37,581 bases of DNA from an uncultured Bacteroides sp. (GCA_964642325.1 CAZXOJ010000003.1:1-37581), one strand, 5' to 3'. Positions 26,195 through 36,954 are shown, numbered from the stretch's first letter. Program-made: numbers and translations. The notes: generated from the letters alone by a model not told the origin.

Positions 26195-26974
26195 ATGCTA
26201 CCAACATTTATAACCATACGGGTTCTTGATATTATCGATGTGCTGCTGGTAGCCTATCTGATGTACCAGGTATACATGCTCATCAGGGGTACGGTGGCCA
26301 TGAATATTTTCATCGGTATCCTGTCTTTTTACCTGCTATGGATCATCGTGAGGGCCCTGAAAATGCAATTGTTAGGATCTATTCTCGGACAAATCATCGG
26401 GGTAGGTGTTATCGCCATGATCATCGTTTTCCAGCAGGAGATTAGACGATTCCTGATATACATTGGGAATCAGTATTTCAGCCGCAACCGGCTATCTCTG
26501 GAAAAGGTCATACCCATCAATATCACGCCCCAGCCGAAAGTAAAGATCAAATCCATTATCAAGGCAGTGATCAATATGGCCAAATCAAAAACCGGGGCCT
26601 TGGTGGTGATCGCACGGAAATCGGAACTTACAGTCTATGCTGAAACAGGTGACTCGCTTAATGCAGAAACCTCAAGCCGACTGATCGAAAGCATATTCAA
26701 CAAGGAAAGTCCCCTGCATGATGGGGCCTTGATCATTAACGGTGACAGGATAGTGGCAGCAAGGTGTGTTTTGCCTGTTTCAGAAAACCTGAACCTGCCG
26801 CCAAACTATGGACTGAGGCACAGGGCAGCTCTTGGTTTATCAGAAAATGCAGATGCACTCACCATCATCGTATCAGAACAGACTGGGAAGGTATCCATCG
26901 CCGAATCAGGCAAACTTCTTACAGATGTTGGAGCCAAGGAATTGATGTCCAAACTCGATCTTGATTTTGCCTAG
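26195..26974 (+). CDS. cdaA: Diadenylate cyclase (c-di-AMP synthase), membrane-anchored CdaA/DacA type
   Basis: 259 aa. Three N-terminal TM helices plus a DisA_N (DAC) domain: GALVVI, SPLHDGALIINGDRIVAARCVLPVS, GLRHRAALGLSE, SEQTGKVSIA. Confidence 0.9.
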   Translation: MLPTFITIRVLDIIDVLLVAYLMYQVYMLIRGTVAMNIFIGILSFYLLWIIVRALKMQLLGSILGQIIGVGVIAMIIVFQQEIRRFLIYIGNQYFSRNRLSLEKVIPINITPQPKVKIKSIIKAVINMAKSKTGALVVIARKSELTVYAETGDSLNAETSSRLIESIFNKESPLHDGALIINGDRIVAARCVLPVSENLNLPPNYGLRHRAALGLSENADALTIIVSEQTGKVSIAESGKLLTDVGAKELMSKLDLDFA

Positions 26975-27615
26975 GTCTTTCTAAGCCTGACCCTTGATTC
27001 TTCTCCCCTGATGATCCTTTGAATATTTTTCTTGTGGGTAATGATGACCAGTATGGTGATCAGGCCTGAAAATATCAGCAATGGAAGTTGAACTGGAAAG
27101 GACATGATAAAACCCATCAGTGGGAGGGAAATCGCAGCCAGGACAGATCCCAGCGATACCATACGAAATAAACCCAAAGCAAGAATAAAAACCACCAGGC
27201 TTCCCATCGCAGCCATTGGAATTAGTCCCACGACAACCCCCAGCAGGGTAGCTACTGCTTTACCGCCCCTGAAGCCCGCAAACAATGGATATATATGGCC
27301 CAGTGCAGCAGATGAACCACAAAGTATGCGAAGCCATAGAAACCATTCCGGATCAGCGATGAGGGATGGAAAAAAGTAAGGTAAAAAGGTAGCTGCGAAG
27401 CCTTTGGCTATATCCAGTAATAGGACTGGAATGCCGGCCTTCCATCCCAGTACCCTCCAGGTATTGGTGGCCCCGGCATTACCGCTTCCAAACTCCCTTA
27501 CATCCTTATTGTAAAAAACTTTACCTATCCAGACAGAAAAAGGCAGTGAACCTAACAGGTAGGCCACTGCCATTAAGATTACTCCTGAAAATATTACCTC
27601 TTTAACAGGTAACAT
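26971..27615 (-). CDS. plsY: Glycerol-3-phosphate acyltransferase (acyl-phosphate dependent)
   Basis: 214 aa. Motifs: LLGSLPFSVWIGK, GSGNAGATN, GKAVAT. Its stop shares the palindromic CTAG (26971-26974) with the cdaA stop. Confidence 0.95.
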   Translation of the reverse strand: MLPVKEVIFSGVILMAVAYLLGSLPFSVWIGKVFYNKDVREFGSGNAGATNTWRVLGWKAGIPVLLLDIAKGFAATFLPYFFPSLIADPEWFLWLRILCGSSAALGHIYPLFAGFRGGKAVATLLGVVVGLIPMAAMGSLVVFILALGLFRMVSLGSVLAAISLPLMGFIMSFPVQLPLLIFSGLITILVIITHKKNIQRIIRGEESRVRLRKT

Positions 27616-27621
27616 AGGATA

Positions 27622-29256
27622 TTATAGTTGCGGTCCGGCCGCAATCAGTTTCTTAGTATCTTCCGTGTCGGCAAAATGTTCAAAATTGGCAATAAACTTC
27701 TTGGCCAGTTCAATAGCCGTTGCATCCCATTCTTCAGGGTTGGACCAGTTATCCCTTGGATTCAGTAGGGAAGAGTCCATGCAAGGGACTATCTTTGGTA
27801 TTTGCAGGTTGAAAATAGGGAGTGTATCATACACCACATCCTCCAGGCTGCCATCCAGGATACAATCTATTATACCCCTGGTAGAAGGCAGATCAATGCG
27901 GTGACCGCCCTTGTTATAGCCGCCGCCTACCCATCCGGTATTGACCAGCCAGGCATTGGCACCTTGTTCCTTCATCTTGCGGGTAAGTTCATTGGCATAG
28001 ATAATCGGATCAAGCAGCAGGAAAGCGGCTCCAAAACAGGCTGAGAATGAAGGCATGGGTTCTGTGATCCCACGTTCTGTGCCGGCTACTTTTGCAGTGT
28101 ATCCGCTGATAAAATGGTACTTGGTCTGGTCTTCTGTTAACCTTGAAACAGGGGGCAGGATACCAAAAGCATCTGCCGTCAGGAAAATCACATTCTTGGC
28201 GTGGCCAGCCGTGGAAGGAGGTCCGACAATATTTTTTATATGATAAATAGGATAGGAAACCCGGGTGTTGGCCGTTTTTGAATCATCTTCCCAGTCAACA
28301 TCTCCATTGTGCCAGTCCACCGCCACATTCTCCAGCAGGGCATCCCGCTTGATAGCGTTATATATATCAGGTTCTTTTTCCGGATCCAGGTCTATAGTCT
28401 TGGCATAACAGCCTCCTTCAAAATTGAAGATGCCGTCATCGTCCCAGCCATGCTCATCATCTCCGATCAGATGCCGTTTCGGATCGGCTGACAAGGTTGT
28501 TTTCCCGGTGCCTGAAAGTCCGAAAAACAAAGTGGATACTCCGTCATCTCCGACATTTGCCGCCGCATGCATGGCAGCAATACCTTTTAGCGGAAGGTAA
28601 TAATTCATCACTGAGAAAATCCCCTTTTTCATTTCTCCACCGTACCAGGAGCCTCCGATACATGCCTTCTTTTCCTTAAGGTTAAACACGGCATAAACCT
28701 CAGAGTTCATATCATGTTTTTCCCAGTTCGGGTTGGCTGTCTTGGAAGCATTCAATACCACAAAATCAGGTTCAAAATCCTTGAGCTCTTCTTCTGTGGG
28801 ACGGATGAACATATTCTTGACAAAATGTGCCTGCCAGGCCACCTCCATGATGAACCTGACCTTCATGCGGGTATCCTCATTGGCCCCTACAAAACCGTCC
28901 TGCACATATAGTTTCTTACCTGTTAATTGCTTGGTAGAATTTTGATAAAGCTCATTCCAGACTTCCTCAGAAAGGGGTTTATTGTCGGAAGATTTCCGCT
29001 GCGGGTTTTTCCACCATATATTTTTTTCGTTCTCTGATTCCTTAATGATGTATTTATCATGGGGTGAACGGCCAGTAAAAATCCCGGTGTCTACGGCTAC
29101 TGCACCTGTACTTGTTAGATGGCCTCTTTCAAAGCCTTCCAGAGATGCATCGGTTTCATGCTTGAAGAGTTCTTCATAGGAAAGGTTATGGTAAATCTCC
29201 TGTACATCGGATATTCCGTATTGTGAGAGGTCCAATTGGCTGGTTCCTTCTGTCAT
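27622..29256 (-). CDS. pckA: Phosphoenolpyruvate carboxykinase (ATP)
   Basis: 544 aa. Motifs: [10 protein letters not shown], kinase-1a [42 protein letters not shown]. Confidence 0.97.
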   Translation of the reverse strand: MTEGTSQLDLSQYGISDVQEIYHNLSYEELFKHETDASLEGFERGHLTSTGAVAVDTGIFTGRSPHDKYIIKESENEKNIWWKNPQRKSSDNKPLSEEVWNELYQNSTKQLTGKKLYVQDGFVGANEDTRMKVRFIMEVAWQAHFVKNMFIRPTEEELKDFEPDFVVLNASKTANPNWEKHDMNSEVYAVFNLKEKKACIGGSWYGGEMKKGIFSVMNYYLPLKGIAAMHAAANVGDDGVSTLFFGLSGTGKTTLSADPKRHLIGDDEHGWDDDGIFNFEGGCYAKTIDLDPEKEPDIYNAIKRDALLENVAVDWHNGDVDWEDDSKTANTRVSYPIYHIKNIVGPPSTAGHAKNVIFLTADAFGILPPVSRLTEDQTKYHFISGYTAKVAGTERGITEPMPSFSACFGAAFLLLDPIIYANELTRKMKEQGANAWLVNTGWVGGGYNKGGHRIDLPSTRGIIDCILDGSLEDVVYDTLPIFNLQIPKIVPCMDSSLLNPRDNWSNPEEWDATAIELAKKFIANFEHFADTEDTKKLIAAGPQL

Positions 29257-29295
29257 GGTTTTTCTCTTTTTTTAAGGTTTATTCTGTATTTTCGG

Positions 29296-29311
29296 CAAAT
29301 ATACAAAAATA
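29296..29311 (-). promoter_or_regulatory. Two adjacent candidate -7 boxes (TATATTTG at 29303-29296, TATTTTTG at 29311-29304) for pckA
   Basis: Both fit TAnnTTTG on the minus strand, 40-48 nt upstream of the pckA ATG (29256) and downstream of the ppdK terminator. Confidence 0.4.
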
Positions 29312-29329
29312 TGTTGTTGAACATATAAA

Positions 29330-29365
29330 GAAATAAAAAAAGAGGCTCCAAAATCTGGAGCCTCT
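29330..29365 (-). terminator. Rho-independent terminator of ppdK
   Basis: Perfect 10-bp stem agaggctcca (29341-29350) / tggagcctct (29356-29365) with a 5-nt loop. On the minus strand it is followed by TTTTTTTATTT (29340-29330). It lies 27 nt after the ppdK stop. Confidence 0.85.
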
Positions 29366-29391
29366 TCCTTTTTGGTTTTATCCTGTTCCCT

Positions 29392-32118
29392 TTAGTCCTG
29401 CTTTATGGCGGCTTGAGCAGCAGCAACCCTGGCAATGGGTACCCTGTAAGGTGAACAACTTACATAGTTCATGCCGACGCTGTGACAAAACTCGACTGAA
29501 CTGGGCTCACCACCGTGCTCGCCACAAATCCCGACCTTTAAATTAGGATTGGTAGAACGACCTTTTTCAGTTCCCATTTGCACAAGTTGACCAATTCCCT
29601 CCTGGTCCAGTACCTGGAAAGGATCATGCTTGAGGATTCCGGCATCAACATAGATGGGCAGGAATTTGCCGGAATCATCCCTGGAATAACCGAAGCCCAT
29701 CTGGGTCAGGTCATTGGTACCGAATGAGAAAAACTCGGCATGTTCTGCGATCTTGTCGGCAGTCAAAGCCGCACGTGGAATCTCAATCATGGTTCCGACA
29801 AGGTATTCAATTTTGTCACCACGCTCTTCAAAGACCTTATCTGCGGTTGAGCGGATGATATCTTCCTGCATCTTGAATTCCTGTACTGTCCCGATAAGCG
29901 GGACCATGATCTCCGGGATGGCTTTGATACCCTTTGCCTTCAGGTTTAATGCGGCTTCAATGATGGCGCGTGCCTGCATCTCTGAAATTTCAGGATAGGT
30001 GTTACCCAAACGGCAGCCTCTGTGTCCCAGCATAGGATTGAATTCATGGAGGTCTTCCACCTTGCTTTTGATCTCCTCAACTGTGATGCCCATTTCCCTG
30101 GCCATTTCCTGCTGGTTCTCGGTTTCATGTGGAACAAACTCATGGAGTGGCGGATCGAGCAGCCTTACGGTGACGGGAAGGTCATGCATGGCTTCAAAAA
30201 TGCCTTCGAAGTCAGCACGCTGGATGGGCAGTAATTTATCAAGTGCCTTGCGGCGACCTGCTTCATCGTCAGCCAGGATCATTTCACGCATGGCTGTGAT
30301 CCTGTCTCCTTCAAAGAACATATGTTCGGTACGGCAAAGACCTATCCCCTGGGCACCGAAGTTGCGGGCTACATATGAATCTTTAGGACTGTCGGCATTG
30401 GTCCGTACATTCATCTTAGTGTGTTTTTGAGCTAGGTCCATCAGTTTCCCGAAATCGCCACTCAATTCAGGATCCTTGGTGGCTATCTGTCCCTCGTATA
30501 CTTCACCGGTAGAACCGTTCAGAGAGATCCACTCCCCTTCTTTAAAAACCTGACCATCAACAGTCATTGTCCGTTCCCTATAATTGATCTTCAGTCCACC
30601 TGCACCGGATACACAGCATTTTCCCATACCACGGGCTACCACTGCAGCGTGAGATGTCATCCCGCCTCGGGCGGTCAGTATCCCCTTGGCAACATTCATA
30701 CCACGAAGGTCTTCAGGTGATGTTTCAACCCTGACAAGTACTACCTGCTTACCTGCCTCAACCCATTCTTCTGCCTCATCGGCAAAAAACACCATTTGTC
30801 CGGATGCAGCTCCAGGAGATGCGGGAAGGCCTTTGGCAAGAACCCTGGCTTTTTTGATGGCATCACCATCAAAAACGGGGTGTAGCAATTCATCCAGTTT
30901 GTTTGGTTCAACCCTCAGCAAGGCTGCCTTTTCATCAAGCATGCCCTCTTCCAACAGATCCATGGCAATAGTGACCATGGATGCACCTGTCCGTTTCCCG
31001 TTCCTTGTCTGGAGCAACCAGAGTTTATTTTCCTGGATTGTGAATTCCAGGTCCTGCATATCTTTATAATGCCTTTCCAGTTTATTCTGGGTGTCAAAAA
31101 GTTCCTTGTAGATCTCAGGCATTTGCTCTTCCAGTGAAGGAAAATCAGCTGCGCGATCTGTTTCGCTCACCTGGGCCAGTTCTGCCCATCTTTTGGAGCC
31201 TTCCAGGGTGATCTGCCGGGGGGTCCTGATCCCTGCGACCACATCTTCTCCCTGTGCATTGATAAGGTATTCTCCATTAAAAATATTTTCTCCTGTACCG
31301 GCATCCCTTGTGAAGGCCACTCCTGTACCAGAAGTATCACCCATGTTACCAAAAACCATGGCCTGGACATTAACGGCAGTTCCCCATTCTTCAGGGATAT
31401 TATTCAGCTTCCGGTAGTAATCCGCACGGTCGTTGTTCCAGCTGTCGAAAACCGCTGCCACGGAGCCCCAGAGTTGCTCCCATGCATCTGTCGGAAAATC
31501 CTGTCCGGTTTTTTCTTTGACGGCGGATTTAAACCTTTTGACCAAGTCTTTCAGGTCATCTGTATTCAGGTCGGTATCATCTTCTACTCCTTTTTCTTCC
31601 TTGATAACGTCAATGATCTCTTCAAAAGGATCTTGGTCTTCTTTGGATTCGGGCTTCATCCCCATCACCACATCACCATACATCTGGATAAACCGGCGAT
31701 AAGAATCCCAGGCAAACCTGGCATTACCGGTCTTTACTGCCAGTCCCTCTACAACCTCATCATTCAAACCAAGGTTCAGTATGGTATCCATCATTCCCGG
31801 CATGGAGGCACGAGCACCGGAACGTACAGACATCAGGCAGGGATTTTCCTTGTCCCCAAATTTTGAATTCATCAGTTTTTCAACGTTGGCGATCCCATCT
31901 GCAACTTCATCCTTAAGGAGTCCGATGACGGCATCTTTACCCAACTCGTTATACTCTGTGCAGACTTCAGTAGTAATGGTAAAACCGGGAGGAACCGGAA
32001 CCCCGATCAGGTTCATTTCAGCCAGGTTGGCACCCTTGCCGCCCAGCAGGTTTTTCATATCAGCTTTTCCTTCTGCTTCTTTGTTCCCGAATTTGTAAAT
32101 TCTTTTGACTTTTGACAT
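29392..32118 (-). CDS. ppdK: Pyruvate, phosphate dikinase
   Basis: Motifs: [31 protein letters not shown], phospho-His region [18 protein letters not shown]-utilising C-terminal [11 protein letters not shown] prefer the ATG at 32118 (MSKVKRIY...) over the ORF-track start at 32139. Confidence 0.97.
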   Translation of the reverse strand: MSKVKRIYKFGNKEAEGKADMKNLLGGKGANLAEMNLIGVPVPPGFTITTEVCTEYNELGKDAVIGLLKDEVADGIANVEKLMNSKFGDKENPCLMSVRSGARASMPGMMDTILNLGLNDEVVEGLAVKTGNARFAWDSYRRFIQMYGDVVMGMKPESKEDQDPFEEIIDVIKEEKGVEDDTDLNTDDLKDLVKRFKSAVKEKTGQDFPTDAWEQLWGSVAAVFDSWNNDRADYYRKLNNIPEEWGTAVNVQAMVFGNMGDTSGTGVAFTRDAGTGENIFNGEYLINAQGEDVVAGIRTPRQITLEGSKRWAELAQVSETDRAADFPSLEEQMPEIYKELFDTQNKLERHYKDMQDLEFTIQENKLWLLQTRNGKRTGASMVTIAMDLLEEGMLDEKAALLRVEPNKLDELLHPVFDGDAIKKARVLAKGLPASPGAASGQMVFFADEAEEWVEAGKQVVLVRVETSPEDLRGMNVAKGILTARGGMTSHAAVVARGMGKCCVSGAGGLKINYRERTMTVDGQVFKEGEWISLNGSTGEVYEGQIATKDPELSGDFGKLMDLAQKHTKMNVRTNADSPKDSYVARNFGAQGIGLCRTEHMFFEGDRITAMREMILADDEAGRRKALDKLLPIQRADFEGIFEAMHDLPVTVRLLDPPLHEFVPHETENQQEMAREMGITVEEIKSKVEDLHEFNPMLGHRGCRLGNTYPEISEMQARAIIEAALNLKAKGIKAIPEIMVPLIGTVQEFKMQEDIIRSTADKVFEERGDKIEYLVGTMIEIPRAALTADKIAEHAEFFSFGTNDLTQMGFGYSRDDSGKFLPIYVDAGILKHDPFQVLDQEGIGQLVQMGTEKGRSTNPNLKVGICGEHGGEPSSVEFCHSVGMNYVSCSPYRVPIARVAAAQAAIKQD

Positions 32119-32168
32119 TTTAATGTATTTATAATTCAACCAATTAGTACCCTAAATTTTTGAAAGTA

Positions 32169-32198
32169 CAAATGTATTTAAAATATGCTTAAATCAAA
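32169..32198 (-). promoter_or_regulatory. Candidate Bacteroidota promoter of ppdK: -33 TTTG (32198-32195), 18-nt spacer, -7 TACATTTG (32176-32169)
   Basis: Both elements are present on the minus strand at near-consensus spacing, ~51 nt upstream of the ATG at 32118. Confidence 0.5.
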
Positions 32199-32228
32199 TC
32201 TAAATAAGTGACAAATAATGAGTGCTAA

Positions 32229-33134
32229 TCAGTGTTTGCTCCGGGGGTGGAAACGGATGATGGCATCTCTCAGAAATTCACGGTCAAGATGGGTATATAT
32301 TTCAGTGGTCAGGATGGATTCGTGTCCCAGCATTTCCTGTACAGCCCTAAGGTCTGCCCCCCTGTCAATCAGCTCTGTGGCAAAGGAGTGCCGGAATGTA
32401 TGGGGACTGATATTTTTCTTTATGCCGGCGGCAGAGACCAGGTCTTTGGTCATGGTAAATACCATCACCCTCGACAATCTCCGTCCTCTCCTATTCAGGA
32501 AGAGTATGTCTTCATGATCCCGTTCTATCTTCGGCAGGGAATTTCGATCAGGTAAGTAGTTCCTGATTTCCTTCAGGGCAATCCTCCCAATGGGCACCAG
32601 GCGTTCCTTGTTGCCTTTTCCTGTGACCCTTATAAATTCCTGGTCAAAATAAACATGGGACAACCTCAGTTCCGTTAATTCGGAAACCCTCAATCCACAT
32701 CCATAGAGTACCTCCAGCATGGCCTTGTTCCTTCTGCCTGCCGGGGTCGACAGATCAATTTGTGCAAGGATCTCTTTCACTTCTTCATGATTCAGGACTT
32801 CCGGGAGCTTCCTCCCTATCCTGGGGGGCTCCAGCAGGCTTGTGGGATCTGTTTCAATGACATCTTCAAGCAATAGGAATTTGTAAAATGATTTGATACC
32901 GGAGATGATCCTTGCCTGCGACCTGGCGCTTAAACCCAGTTCATTTACCCAGGCAAGAAAAGAAGTCAGGTGATGAAGCTCTACCCGGGTTGGTGGCAAG
33001 GAATCATACTGTAACTCCATAAATATTAACAGCTTATCAATATCCCGGGCATAGGCTTCAATGGAATTAGGGGAGAGAGATTTCTCCAGCTGCAGGAAGA
33101 TCTTGAAATCCTTTATGTATGGCTGCCAACTCAC
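32229..33134 (-). CDS. xerD: Site-specific tyrosine recombinase XerD-like
   Basis: 301 aa. N-terminal SAM-like domain (FLQLEKSLSPNSIEAYARDIDKL). Catalytic domain with R (GLRVSEL), HTFRHSFATELI, LGHESILTTEIYTH (catalytic Tyr). No flanking repeats or cargo suggest a mobile element. Confidence 0.88.
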   Translation of the reverse strand: MSWQPYIKDFKIFLQLEKSLSPNSIEAYARDIDKLLIFMELQYDSLPPTRVELHHLTSFLAWVNELGLSARSQARIISGIKSFYKFLLLEDVIETDPTSLLEPPRIGRKLPEVLNHEEVKEILAQIDLSTPAGRRNKAMLEVLYGCGLRVSELTELRLSHVYFDQEFIRVTGKGNKERLVPIGRIALKEIRNYLPDRNSLPKIERDHEDILFLNRRGRRLSRVMVFTMTKDLVSAAGIKKNISPHTFRHSFATELIDRGADLRAVQEMLGHESILTTEIYTHLDREFLRDAIIRFHPRSKH

Positions 33135-33173
33135 AGCATAAATTTACGAAGTATTCCCGATGATACACGCAGC

Positions 33174-33758
33174 CTAAAAGGGCCATCTTTCAACACAGAG
33201 GATCAGAGCTACTCCAATGGCTGCTCCCGAAAGGAGCATGTTCCAATCCCGCCTTTTCAAACCAATAATTTTCACCAGGACAAAGGAAAGCATCAAAACC
33301 GCCAAAACTATCATTATCTGCCCCAGTTCCAAGCCCAGGTTAAATGAAAACAATGGCAACAGCAAATCCTGCTCGCTGCCCAACAAACTCCTCAGATAGT
33401 TTGAAAACCCCAGTCCATGTATCAAACCAAAGAACATGGCAATAGCATATTTGAACCTGTGCGAAAGGGTTTGGTCCGAATCCGACCGCTGAATAATATT
33501 CCATATTCCCGTAATGATAATGGTTAATGGGATCAGAAATTCTATCAAGCTGGTGGATATCCGGATCAGATCCAATGTAGCCAGGGCAAGGGTGAGGGTA
33601 TGTCCCAGGGTAAAAGCCGTAACCAGAATTAACACTTTGGCCCATTCTTTGATGCTGTACACGGCACAGAGTGCCATTAAAAACAGGATGTGGTCATAAC
33701 CGGCAAGATCTGCGATGTGATCGAACCCAAGAGAGAGGTATAGTCCAAATGTTGTCAT
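33174..33758 (-). CDS. HupE/UreJ family membrane protein (putative Ni/Co or other metal transporter)
   Basis: 194 aa, ~6 TM helices. N-terminal GFDHIADLAGYDHILFLMALC and HGLGF motifs typical of HupE/UreJ. Confidence 0.8.
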   Translation of the reverse strand: MTTFGLYLSLGFDHIADLAGYDHILFLMALCAVYSIKEWAKVLILVTAFTLGHTLTLALATLDLIRISTSLIEFLIPLTIIITGIWNIIQRSDSDQTLSHRFKYAIAMFFGLIHGLGFSNYLRSLLGSEQDLLLPLFSFNLGLELGQIMIVLAVLMLSFVLVKIIGLKRRDWNMLLSGAAIGVALILCVERWPF

Positions 33759-33778
33759 ACATTTAACATTTCAGAAAA

Positions 33779-33797
33779 CAAAAATATTGTAATTTTG
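33779..33797. promoter_or_regulatory. Back-to-back divergent -7 boxes: TATTTTTG (minus, 33786-33779) for hupE and TAATTTTG (plus, 33790-33797) for the DUF6702-like gene
   Basis: Both are exact TAnnTTTG matches separated by 3 nt. They lie 21 nt from the hupE ATG (33758) and 31 nt from the ATG at 33828. The plus box contains the TTG (33795) that the ORF track used as start, which argues for the 33828 start. Confidence 0.45.
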
Positions 33798-33827
33798 CTA
33801 CGAATACTTAAGAGAGGCAGGAAATTG

Positions 33828-34325
33828 ATGATAAGATTGACGGGGTTGACGGTTTGGCTGCTATGTTCTTCCTGGCTTCATCCGATCCATGTATCGGTAA
33901 GCAATGTTGACCTTGATCCTGTTGGGGGAAAGGTTGAGCTATCTGTAAAAATATTTGCAGATGACTTCCAGGATCTCATCTTACATAAGTATGGGGTTCA
34001 ATTGAATATTGTTGAACAGGAGGGTCCCGGTGACAAGATATCAGCGGTTAATGACTACATAGAGGAGGCCCTGCAACTTGTATTCAACGGGAAAGAGACA
34101 GCAGATCTGCAATTTGTGGAAGCAGAATTGAACGAAGAAGCTATTTGGTTATTTTACAGGTATGAACATCCTGGTAAAATCCGGAAGGTTGATATTGTGA
34201 ACCGAATAATGTTGGAGAAATTCAGTGATCAGACCAATCTGATGATCATAACCTTCAATGAAAAACAAAATGGATACCGGCTGGACAATAAAACGACTAA
34301 ATTATCATTTAATATAAAGAAATAA
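33828..34325 (+). CDS. DUF6702-like exported protein (unknown function)
   Basis: Starts MIRLTGLTVWLLCSSWLHPIHVSVSNVDLD.... The HxxxVS...(I/V)F.DDF pattern after a signal peptide is what I associate with DUF6702 proteins found next to HupE genes in Bacteroidota. The start was chosen downstream of the -7 box. Confidence 0.6.
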   Translation: MIRLTGLTVWLLCSSWLHPIHVSVSNVDLDPVGGKVELSVKIFADDFQDLILHKYGVQLNIVEQEGPGDKISAVNDYIEEALQLVFNGKETADLQFVEAELNEEAIWLFYRYEHPGKIRKVDIVNRIMLEKFSDQTNLMIITFNEKQNGYRLDNKTTKLSFNIKK

Positions 34326-34332
34326 AGCGCCT

Positions 34333-36954
34333 TTGTTAAGAAAGATACTCATCATATTGCTAAGCGGATTTCTGACTGTCAGCTGGACATATGCCACGCA
34401 TAACAGGGCGGGTGAGATCACCCTTTCCCAGGACCCAAATGATCCCTTTACCTTCAATATCCTGATCCAGACTTTTACTTACTCCAGGTCAGCAGCTGAC
34501 CGGAACGAGCTTGAGGTACAATGGGGGGACCAAAGCGTTTCCATAGCACCAAGGACACAGAAACTTTCCCTCCCTAACTTTTATTTCTGGAACCAGTATA
34601 AGACAAAACATACCTTTCCCGGTCCGGGTACCTACACCATAGTGGTACAGGACCCGAACAGAAACCTTGGTATCCTGAACATTCCCAATTCTGTCAATGT
34701 GATCTTTTCTATCAAGACGACCATTGTCATCAATACGGGAATTGGACCCAACAGTACACCCGTGCTCCTCAATCCCCCTATTGACAGGGCAGCTGTCGGC
34801 CAGATATTCGTCCATAACCCGGCAGCCTATGATCCGGATGGTGACAGCATATCATATAAACTGACCGTCTGTACTGAAGAAAACGGGGAACCCATCGAGG
34901 ACTATACCCTGCCCCTGGCCAGTGACAGCCTTTATATCGATGAAATAACAGGAGACCTGATCTGGAACACACCGGTTGATACTGGCGCCTACAATATCGC
35001 CATAGAAATAGAAGAATGGAGATTTGGCGTAAAAATCGGGAGCATTGCCAGGGACATGCAGATAGATGTTAAAAGTACCGACAACCATCCTCCTAAGATC
35101 ATGCCATTGAGTAACTTCTGTGTGGAGGCAGGGAGTCTGCTGGAATATGATATACTAGCCACCGATCCTGACAGTAACGGGATCACCCAGTATGCCACCG
35201 GCGGCCCCTTCCTGTTTGATGACAGTCCAGCGACATTCGAACCTGTCTCGACAGGCCAGGGTTTCAATGTGTCCAGGTTCTACTGGCAAACTACCTGCGC
35301 CCATGTACGATACCAGCCTTATAATATCATTGTCAAGGCCGAAGATGATCATCCGGTTCTACAGCTGGTAGACATCAGTAATTTTCAAGTCAAGGTAATT
35401 GGTCCGGCCCCGGAAAATCCACGGACCACAGCCACAGCCAATTCAATCCTGTTTGAATGGGATGAATCAATCTGCCCGAATGTCATCTCCTATGAAATAT
35501 ACCGAAGGGAGGGCCGGCTTGGATACATACACGACACATGTACAAACGGAATACCTTCTGACCTTGACTATGAGCTGGTCAGTATCATTGACAGGAGGGA
35601 CAGCACACAGTACCCTGATGACAATAATGGAGAGGGACTGATACAGGGGGTCGAATACTGTTACATGATCGTGGCCATATTCGATGACGGGACACCCGGA
35701 TTCCCCTCAGCCGAAGTTTGTGGTGTACTTACACCTGGAAATCCTGCGGTATTACAGGCCAGTGTAACAGACCTGGATACACAGGGAAGCATTTTGTTGT
35801 CCTGGGCCAGGCCAAGGGAACTGGATACCATCCCTGCCCCCGGTCCGTATGAATATATCATATACCGTTCAGACCTGGATCCGCTGGGAAATACTCTTCA
35901 GGAGATTCACAGGTTCACCACCACAGATCTGGATGATACGACCTACATTGATACTCCGGTCAACACCATTGCCTTCCCCTATTCTTACATGGTGGAGCTT
36001 TATAATGATGAACCCGGGAACAGGTTCCTGATAGGACGTCAGGAAGTTGTATCGAGCACATGGCTGGAAATTGATGAAGTAGACAATGCCAACATCATCA
36101 GGGTCCGAAAAAATACCCCCTGGGTAAACCATGAATATATTATATACCGGAAGGGACCAGGTAGCTCGGACTATGATTCCATCGGCACCTCAGATGCCAG
36201 TTCCTATGTTGATGACGGACTCAAGAACGGGGTGGAATATTGCTACCAGGTGAAAACAATAGGGCGGCGGAGTGTAAACAATATCAACTACGTTTCTATC
36301 AACCTGACACATTTTGCCTGCGGAACACCCCTTGATACCGTTCCTCCCTGTCCACCGGACCTTACCGTGGAATCATTATGCGACAGCTCATATAATTTCC
36401 TTACCTGGACCAATCCCAATAACTCTTGTGCAGATGACGTTGTGAAATACAATATCTATTACACCCAGGTGATGGATGGAGAAATTATTTTGATTGACAG
36501 CACCCTGTCCGCCGATGCTACAACGTATATGCACTTTCCAGAGGGATCACTCGCCGGTTGTTATGCCGTCACCGCAGTAGATTCATTCAATAATGAAAGC
36601 AAATACTCGGTCATATCCTGCGTCGACAACTGCGTTAATTATGTTTTACCCAATGTATTCACACCCAACGGAGACGGTATGAATGATATTTTCAGACCCA
36701 ACAATTATGCATTCATTGAGAAGGTGGATATGAAAATATATAACAGATGGGGGGTGCTGGTCTACCAGACAGAAGATCCGGATATCAATTGGGATGGGAA
36801 GCGCATGAACACCGACCATATTGTGCCACCGGGTGTTTATTACTATGTTTGCGATGTTTTTGAGAACAGGCTAAGTGGACTTGAGGTCAGGAGCCTGTCC
36901 GGTTTTGTATATGTATTTACTGAATCAGATGCTGTTAATCCTGTGGAAAAATAG
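34333..36954 (+). CDS. Large secreted multi-domain surface protein with T9SS type-B (gliding-motility-associated, CHU_C-like) C-terminal sorting domain
   Basis: 873 aa. TTG start 7 nt after the upstream stop. Signal peptide MLRKILIILLSGFLTVSWTYA. N-terminal THNRAGEIT module. Cadherin/Ig-like AYDPDGDSISYKL and ATDPDSNG. FN3-like stretches. C-terminal YVLPNVFTPNGDGMNDIFRP...KIYNRWGVLVYQ...WDGK...PPGVYYYV. Confidence 0.85.
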   Translation: MLRKILIILLSGFLTVSWTYATHNRAGEITLSQDPNDPFTFNILIQTFTYSRSAADRNELEVQWGDQSVSIAPRTQKLSLPNFYFWNQYKTKHTFPGPGTYTIVVQDPNRNLGILNIPNSVNVIFSIKTTIVINTGIGPNSTPVLLNPPIDRAAVGQIFVHNPAAYDPDGDSISYKLTVCTEENGEPIEDYTLPLASDSLYIDEITGDLIWNTPVDTGAYNIAIEIEEWRFGVKIGSIARDMQIDVKSTDNHPPKIMPLSNFCVEAGSLLEYDILATDPDSNGITQYATGGPFLFDDSPATFEPVSTGQGFNVSRFYWQTTCAHVRYQPYNIIVKAEDDHPVLQLVDISNFQVKVIGPAPENPRTTATANSILFEWDESICPNVISYEIYRREGRLGYIHDTCTNGIPSDLDYELVSIIDRRDSTQYPDDNNGEGLIQGVEYCYMIVAIFDDGTPGFPSAEVCGVLTPGNPAVLQASVTDLDTQGSILLSWARPRELDTIPAPGPYEYIIYRSDLDPLGNTLQEIHRFTTTDLDDTTYIDTPVNTIAFPYSYMVELYNDEPGNRFLIGRQEVVSSTWLEIDEVDNANIIRVRKNTPWVNHEYIIYRKGPGSSDYDSIGTSDASSYVDDGLKNGVEYCYQVKTIGRRSVNNINYVSINLTHFACGTPLDTVPPCPPDLTVESLCDSSYNFLTWTNPNNSCADDVVKYNIYYTQVMDGEIILIDSTLSADATTYMHFPEGSLAGCYAVTAVDSFNNESKYSVISCVDNCVNYVLPNVFTPNGDGMNDIFRPNNYAFIEKVDMKIYNRWGVLVYQTEDPDINWDGKRMNTDHIVPPGVYYYVCDVFENRLSGLEVRSLSGFVYVFTESDAVNPVEK

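Noticed and set aside
29714-32098. Series of plus-strand ORFs (94-143 aa) opposite ppdK, and similar ones opposite pckA (27665-29179), tpiA (21642-22139) and the selD fusion (279-2102, minus)
   Set aside because: All are antisense to strongly supported housekeeping CDS. Their translations are Ser/Pro/Arg-rich nonsense with no independent start or terminator context.
32229-33134. Tyrosine recombinase as a marker of an integrated mobile element
   Set aside because: It has XerD-like architecture and sits among housekeeping genes. I saw no flanking direct or inverted repeats, no tRNA target and no phage or conjugation cargo.
33795-33827. TTG start giving an 11-aa extension (MLRILKRGRKL) of the DUF6702-like ORF
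   Set aside because: The TTG is part of the exact TAATTTTG -7 box, so it is probably upstream of the TSS. The ATG at 33828 yields a normal signal peptide.
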